From contig QHTZ01000019.1 of NCBI GenBank assembly GCA_003221005.1, positions 1-12,467 of the forward strand: a stretch of 12,467 nucleotides of DNA. The letters run 5' to 3'. The notes beneath the pieces are model-generated. The model was given only the letters and a program-made list of their open reading frames with translations. It was not told where the DNA came from and searched no databases. Shown here one piece after another: positions 7,633-12,467 of the stretch (positions are counted from its first letter, which is position 1; every line of letters starts with the position of its first letter). This DNA is from Gemmatimonadota bacterium (GTDB taxonomy: Bacteria; Gemmatimonadota; Gemmatimonadetes; Gemmatimonadales; GWC2-71-9). The translations under genes and the position numbers were made by a program.

Positions 7633-8871
7633 TTACGGCACCACGCGCGTCGGGGTATACCGGTCGGTCCTGGTCCCGTCACCCAACTGGCCCCAGTAAT
7701 TGCCACCCCAGCAGTAGGCGGCACGCGCAGCCGTGACTCCGCAGGTGTAGGCATAGCCGGCGCTCATCGTGGCGAAGCTCACGCCACCCGACACGGGCAC
7801 CGGGACGGTGCTGCAAGGAATCTCCGTCTGGTCATAAGGACACGATTCAGGACCCGTCGCCGTCCCGACGCCGAGCTGCCCTAGGAGATTATTTCCCCAG
7901 CAGAAGGCCGCGCCGGCGCTGGTGAGCCCGCAAGTGTGTGCGCCACCCGTCGCGAGGGCAGTGAAGCTCAAGCCGCCGGCGACGGCGACCGGGCTGGAGT
8001 TGCTCGTGGTCGAGCCGACGCCGAGCTGCCCTTCGAGATTCAATCCCCAGCAGTAGGCCGCGCCGGCGCTGGTGAGCCCGCAGGTGTGTGCGCCACCCGT
8101 CGCGAGGGCAGTGAAGCTCAAGCCGCCGGCGACGGCGACCGGGCTGGAGCTGCTCGCGGTCGAGCCGTTGCCGAGCCGCCCTGCGAGATTCGATCCCCAG
8201 CAGTAGGCCGCGCCGTCGGCCGTGACCGCGCAGCTATAGTCGTAGCCGACGCTCACCGCGGAGAACGTCAGCCCTCCGGCGACAGCCACGGGCGTTGAGC
8301 TCCAGGTCGTGGAGCCGTTGCCCAGCTCGCCGTTATCGTTCCGCCCCCAGCAGTAGACCGTTCCGTTCGTCGTGAGCCCGCAGGTGTGATAGTCGCCCGT
8401 GGAGACGCTACTGAAGCGCAAGTTTCCGGCGACAGCCACCGGCGTTCCGCTAATCGAGGTCGAGCCGTCGCCGAGCTGGCCCTCGACGTCGTTTCCCCAA
8501 CAGTAGGCCACGCCGGGGGCCGTAATGCCGCAGGAGTACAGGAAGCCCGCGCTCACTGCGGCGAAGCTCCTGCGGCCCGCTACGCGTACTGGGACGGTGC
8601 TGCAAGGCAGAGGTCCCCCGGCCCCGGGACACGTCTCGGAGGTCGTGGTCGGATCAACCCCGAGCTCGCCGTATAGATTATGTCCCCAGCAATAGGCGTC
8701 CCTCGCCGCCGTCACCCCACAAGTGTGAATCCCGCCGGCGCTCACCGCGGCGAAGCTCCGCACCGACGCGACACCGGCAGGATTATCGGAGCAACCAGCG
8801 AGCCACCCCAGCGCGCCCAGCACCGCGATGGCGATACCCCCACGCACACCCCTCATGATATGGGGCTTCAT
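7633..8871 (-). CDS. RCC1/BLIP-II-type seven-bladed beta-propeller lipoprotein
   Basis: GGGAGG SD before ATG 8871 (ATG 8856 is an alternative). Lipobox LAG-C. Seven repeats F..vs.G..HTCGlT..G.AYCWG.N..GQLG.G. Confidence 0.92.
   Translation of the reverse strand: MKPHIMRGVRGGIAIAVLGALGWLAGCSDNPAGVASVRSFAAVSAGGIHTCGVTAARDAYCWGHNLYGELGVDPTTTSETCPGAGGPLPCSTVPVRVAGRRSFAAVSAGFLYSCGITAPGVAYCWGNDVEGQLGDGSTSISGTPVAVAGNLRFSSVSTGDYHTCGLTTNGTVYCWGRNDNGELGNGSTTWSSTPVAVAGGLTFSAVSVGYDYSCAVTADGAAYCWGSNLAGRLGNGSTASSSSPVAVAGGLSFTALATGGAHTCGLTSAGAAYCWGLNLEGQLGVGSTTSNSSPVAVAGGLSFTALATGGAHTCGLTSAGAAFCWGNNLLGQLGVGTATGPESCPYDQTEIPCSTVPVPVSGGVSFATMSAGYAYTCGVTAARAAYCWGGNYWGQLGDGTRTDRYTPTRVVP
7895..8194. repeat. Near-identical 150-bp tandem duplication inside the RCC1 gene
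   Basis: 7895-8044 vs 8045-8194 differ at 9 of 150 positions by manual count, with a 66-bp identical run (7934-7999 = 8084-8149). Confidence 0.9.
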
Positions 8872-8898
8872 GGCGCCCGCCTCCCGAGAGACACCGGC

Positions 8899-8930
8899 GT
8901 GATACGGACCGCAATGGATCGGTTGCTCAG
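8899..8930 (-). promoter_or_regulatory. Putative ECF-type promoter, proximal copy CTGAGCA-N19-TATCAC
   Basis: Minus strand CTGAGCA (8930-8924), 19 nt, TATCAC (8904-8899). Ends 27 nt before ATG 8871. Confidence 0.6.
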
Positions 8931-8971
8931 GGGAGATTCAACGGGGAGCCAGGGACCAGAGCGAGCCGGGG

Positions 8972-9003
8972 GTGATATCGAAGGGCGCGGCCGAACTGCT
9001 CAG
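8972..9003 (-). promoter_or_regulatory. Putative ECF-type promoter, distal copy CTGAGCA-N19-TATCAC
   Basis: Minus strand CTGAGCA (9003-8997), 19 nt, TATCAC (8977-8972). Same half-sites and spacing as the proximal copy but with a different spacer sequence. Confidence 0.6.
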
Positions 9004-9006
9004 TGC

Positions 9007-12000
9007 TTACCGCCCCCTCACCAGGGCGAATCCCGCCCAGAAGAACGGGTGCACCGTCCCGGGCTCACGCAGAGCCACCCGCTGCGCCAGGGCGAGCGCT
9101 TCCGCCTCCGGTCGCCCCGCGGCGAGCTCGCTATAGAACCGCTCCATCAGCCGTGCCGTCGCGACATCGGCGACCGGCCAGAGCGTCGCCAGGACGTTCG
9201 ATGCGCCGGCGTAGAGAAACCCCTGCACCAGCCCCACCCAGTCGTCGCCCGGGGGGACGTCGGCCAGCGCCCCGGCCGCGACTCCAGTCTGACACGCGCT
9301 CAGCACCAGCAGGCGCGCATGCAACGTGAGCCCGAAGACCTCGTGGACCTCCAACCGCCCATCCTGGCCGTCCCCGGCACCGAGCTCGACGAACGAGAAG
9401 AGCGGGTTGTGCTTATTGAGGACGCCGTAGGTGGCGAGGTGAATGATGCGCTGGTCCCCAGCCAGCGCTCGGAACGCCTGCTCCGTCGCTGGCGGGCCGA
9501 CCAGCACGCGCGCCTGCACACCGTAGATCCTCCCGATGGCGGCGACTTCGGCCTGCGAGCCCGGCAATGCACCGGCGCGGGGAGCAAGAGCGAGCACGCC
9601 GGTCCGCGCCGACGGCGCCGCTCGCTCGCGCAGCCGGAGCCACACCGACGCCGACGGCACGTACTCGAGGAGATAGCGCTCGACGAGGAGCTGCTCCGGC
9701 GGACCCGGCCGCAGGAGCGCCGCGAAGGGCAGATAGTGGAGCTCGAGGTGCGGCGCGATGAGCAGGCGCCGCTTGCCCGCGAGCAGGCCGCTCGCCTCCA
9801 CTGGCGCGACCAGCTGCCGATACAGCCGCCGGAGCGACGGCCGCCAGGCCCCGCGCGCGGCCCCCGCCGTGGGGCTCGCGAGCGTGGCGCGCGCGAAATC
9901 CACCGACGCGGTGAGGGCGCTGTGGCTCACATGCAGGTCCAGCGCCACCAGGGTGTCCGTGGTGACGACGAAGACGACCGTGGTCGAGTCGCCCACCAGG
10001 TACTCGAGTAGCGCCTCGTCCGGCGCGAGCGCGGCCATCACCGCGCGCGCGGGCACGATCTCCCCGCGGACGAGCGCCGCGTACGCCGGGTTGGCCTGGC
10101 GCATCGCGATCAGTAGCTCGCCGTAGGCCTCCTGGGCGCGGGCCAGCGCTGCGTGCGTTGCCTCGGTGGCCGCGTCTGCGTGCGCCGGGTCGCGGAGACC
10201 CGATTCGCTGTGAGGCGGAGCCTCGAGCTGCCGGGTCAGCTCCGCCATCCGGCGGCGGAGGTCCTGCTCCCGGGTCGCCAGCCCCCGCCCCGCCTCGCCC
10301 TCCGCGATGCGCCCGCGCACCAGCACGTCGAGCATCTGGCGCTCCCGCAGCCGCTCGCTGGCCTCAAACGCGGTCTCGGTCAGCCCCCGCTCCCGTTCGA
10401 CGAGCGCGAGCTCGACGTACACATCCCACTTGTCCGCCCGAAACGCGGCCCGGTGCTCAGGAAGCGGGAGATCTCCGGAAGCTCGCTCGATCTGCCCAAT
10501 GCCCGCACGCAACTCGCTCGCGGCCTCCGCGAGCGCACCCCGGCGCCGCAGGGCGCCCGCCAGGCCCGCGTGCAGCTGCCAAGCGCTGCTCGCTGGTCGG
10601 GCGCCGAGGCCGGTGATCGCGCGCCGGTAGAGCGATTCCGCCGCGAGTGCCCGTCCCGCGCTCACCTCGAGATCGCCGAGCGTGGCAAGCGCTTCGGCTT
10701 CGTCGTTCGCTGCGCCCAAGGAGCGTAGGGTGTCAATGGCCTCAGCGAAGGCCCGGCGCGCGGTCGCAGTATCTCCGCGCCGCCACGCGGCCAGGCCGAT
10801 CCCCAATCGGATTTCGGCCCTGTCGTGGGGATCGGACGCGCTCGGCAGCAACTGCTCGAGCATCACTTGAGCGCGCCGATAGCTCTCACGCTTCAAGAGC
10901 ACACCCGCCATCCGAAGCTCTAGCCGGAATCGCTCCTCCCGCTCTTCAAGTCCCGCGCCCTGCACGAGCCGCCGAGCGCGTTGGTACTGCCGCTCGGCTT
11001 CGGCCAACTGGTTGAACTCCAACGCGAGATCCGCGCGCGTTCGCGCGAGCGCAGCCAGCGATGCCCCACTCTTCGGCCTGTCGGGGCGTACCGCGAGCGC
11101 TTCGGCCCGCTGCAGCTCGGTGCGGGCGCCCTGCACGTCGCCCATGTGCGCACGGGCCTGCGCGAGCTCCACGTAGTTGTCGATCGCGTTAACCGAGGGA
11201 CCCGAACCGATGCGCCGCATGATCCCTGCGGCCTCCGAAAGCGTCGCCACGGCCGCCGGAAAATCTCCGCGCATCATCGCCAACCTCCCAAGGTCGACGA
11301 GCACCTGCGCCTCGTACATCCGATTGCCCTGCTCGCGATAAATCGAGAGTGCCTCGCTCTCTCTGGCTCCGGCCTCGGCATAGTCACCCTCCCGCTGCGC
11401 GAGGCCTGCCAGATTGCTGAGGATGAGCGCGGCGCCCTCGGCTTCACCGAGACTCCGAGCGGCAGGCAGCGCCGCTTCCCAGGCCCGGCGCGCCTCCGCA
11501 AAGTCGCCCATGGAGGCCGCAACGGCACCGAGATTGGTCTGATCGACCGCGAACCCGACGACGTCTCCGCTCCGCTCCCGGAGCGGCTTGGCGCGGGTAT
11601 AGAAATCGCGTGCGCGCTGCAAGTCCCCCTGCTTCCAGCTCAGGATCCCGAGCAGGCTCCAGACGTTGCCCAACATTCGGTAGTCGCCGACGCGCTCGGC
11701 ATAGCCATGGGCCAAGGTGAGATACGCTTCGGCGCTGTCGGACTGTTGGGCGTAATGGAACCCCGCTCCGATGGCGGTGAGGACGGACGCGATTCCCGCC
11801 GTGTCGGCCAAGGCCTCGTAGCGGCGCAGGCTCTCGCGCCACGCTCGCAGCGCGACGTCGGCCCCGCCACGCACGGCCGCATTGCCCGCGAGTCGGATGC
11901 TGTCCGCGGCAAGGGTCGCCAGGCGGTCCGCTGGTGACAGGGACCGAAAACGCCCGATCTGGCGCACGAAGAAGGAGTCCTGCCAAGCCACGGCGTAGGC

Positions 12001-12231
12001 GCGAGCGAGCCGCTCCGCGGCGATGAGGGCGACCTCGCCGGAATCGCCGCCACGCCCGGCCGCCGCCCGGAGTTGGCTCAACGCCTTGCGCGCGGCATCG
12101 TTGCGCTGCCGCACCCGCTCGACGAGCACCGAGTCGGGCCCGTTGCTCGCGAGCGCGCGGATCGAGTCCACCTCTTGCGGGGCCTGCGCGGCCAGGGCCA
12201 GGACGGGGAGCGCCGTCAGGAGAGCGATCAT
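9007..12231 (-). CDS. TPR repeat + CHAT (caspase/HetF-like, clan CD) domain protein, 1074 aa, probable signal peptide, catalytic His replaced by Tyr
   Basis: ATG 12231 overlaps the upstream TGA (ATGA). Hydrophobic N-terminus MIALLTALPVLALAAQA. Many TPR-like units (LG.....GD...A......AL). AFEASERLRER plus a coiled-coil region. CHAT motifs LLEYLVG, LHYLPFAAL, HLATYG, LLVLSACQTG, LYAGA...TLWPVAD, HPFFWAGF. Confidence 0.93.
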   Translation of the reverse strand: MIALLTALPVLALAAQAPQEVDSIRALASNGPDSVLVERVRQRNDAARKALSQLRAAAGRGGDSGEVALIAAERLARAYAVAWQDSFFVRQIGRFRSLSPADRLATLAADSIRLAGNAAVRGGADVALRAWRESLRRYEALADTAGIASVLTAIGAGFHYAQQSDSAEAYLTLAHGYAERVGDYRMLGNVWSLLGILSWKQGDLQRARDFYTRAKPLRERSGDVVGFAVDQTNLGAVAASMGDFAEARRAWEAALPAARSLGEAEGAALILSNLAGLAQREGDYAEAGARESEALSIYREQGNRMYEAQVLVDLGRLAMMRGDFPAAVATLSEAAGIMRRIGSGPSVNAIDNYVELAQARAHMGDVQGARTELQRAEALAVRPDRPKSGASLAALARTRADLALEFNQLAEAERQYQRARRLVQGAGLEEREERFRLELRMAGVLLKRESYRRAQVMLEQLLPSASDPHDRAEIRLGIGLAAWRRGDTATARRAFAEAIDTLRSLGAANDEAEALATLGDLEVSAGRALAAESLYRRAITGLGARPASSAWQLHAGLAGALRRRGALAEAASELRAGIGQIERASGDLPLPEHRAAFRADKWDVYVELALVERERGLTETAFEASERLRERQMLDVLVRGRIAEGEAGRGLATREQDLRRRMAELTRQLEAPPHSESGLRDPAHADAATEATHAALARAQEAYGELLIAMRQANPAYAALVRGEIVPARAVMAALAPDEALLEYLVGDSTTVVFVVTTDTLVALDLHVSHSALTASVDFARATLASPTAGAARGAWRPSLRRLYRQLVAPVEASGLLAGKRRLLIAPHLELHYLPFAALLRPGPPEQLLVERYLLEYVPSASVWLRLRERAAPSARTGVLALAPRAGALPGSQAEVAAIGRIYGVQARVLVGPPATEQAFRALAGDQRIIHLATYGVLNKHNPLFSFVELGAGDGQDGRLEVHEVFGLTLHARLLVLSACQTGVAAGALADVPPGDDWVGLVQGFLYAGASNVLATLWPVADVATARLMERFYSELAAGRPEAEALALAQRVALREPGTVHPFFWAGFALVRGR

Positions 12232-12467
12232 CGCGCGGGCCCGACGAGCTGAAACTCCACGAGATCCGAGGCCGCCCATCGCCGCCACTCAATCTGCGCC
12301 TCGACCTTCCAGAAATACGTGACACGACGCGCGAGCACGACGGTGTCGGGCAGCGCCACTAAGGTGTCCGCCGTCTCTGCGGTCCATAGGACGACACCCT
12401 CCGTGTCGTATAGCCGCAAGCGGTACCGCTCGGTGCGCGGCACACTCGACCAGACGAGCCGGTCTAC
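12228..12467 (-). CDS. Partial gene, C-terminal beta-sandwich (FN3/Ig-like) domain; possibly the extracytoplasmic part of an anti-sigma factor
   Basis: Frame is open to the window edge: VDRLVWSSVPRTERYRLRLYDTEGVVLW...YFWKVEA...SDLVEF, an FN3-like W...Y.l.l...Y.W.V.A pattern. The stop overlaps the CHAT gene start. The anti-sigma role is inferred from context only. Confidence 0.7.
   Translation of the reverse strand, partial: VDRLVWSSVPRTERYRLRLYDTEGVVLWTAETADTLVALPDTVVLARRVTYFWKVEAQIEWRRWAASDLVEFQLVGPAR

Noticed and set aside
780-8194. Periodic repeats as a CRISPR array or diversity-generating retroelement template/variable pair
   Set aside because: Repeats are in-frame protein blades without unique spacers, the mismatches are not adenine-specific, and no reverse transcriptase is present.
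1233-11937. Long + strand ORFs (1233..2717, 4945..6447, 8680..10011, 10981..11937 and others) and alternate-frame minus ORFs
   Set aside because: They overlap well-supported genes, lack recognisable motifs, and are the shadow ORFs expected in high-GC DNA.
9007-12231. Calling the CHAT protein csx29 / a type III-E CRISPR component
   Set aside because: No CRISPR array or cas gene in the window; the probable signal peptide and missing catalytic His also argue against it.
12231-12288. Longer CHAT start (12288 or 12279) giving a Tat-like SARRAR
   Set aside because: It would overlap the upstream CDS by more than 50 nt, the RR lacks the xFL consensus, and the ATGA overlap at 12231 is more parsimonious.

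Overview
GC-rich bacterial window; the sequence style suggests Gemmatimonadota, which is an inference only. Left end, + strand: the 3' part of an ECF (SigW/RpoE-like) sigma factor gene, a small soluble zinc-finger anti-sigma gene and an intrinsic terminator. The rest is a convergent minus-strand cluster, listed from the right edge: a partial gene with a beta-rich C-terminal domain, then a translationally coupled 1074-aa TPR-CHAT (caspase-like) protein with a probable signal peptide and a His->Tyr change at the catalytic position, then six genes that all appear to encode lipoproteins. These six are an RCC1/BLIP-II propeller, a PD40 propeller frameshifted in its signal peptide, a subtilisin S8-FN3-PKD protease, a second PD40 propeller, an alpha/beta hydrolase and an Ig + TolB-like propeller. 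A bipartite motif TGAGMA-N18-RTMT with ECF-promoter geometry occurs twice in front of the RCC1 gene and once in front of the S8 gene. Main hypothesis: an exported pseudo-CHAT / anti-sigma / ECF signalling module controlling a surface lipoprotein cassette. No rRNA, tRNA, CRISPR array or transposase was seen.
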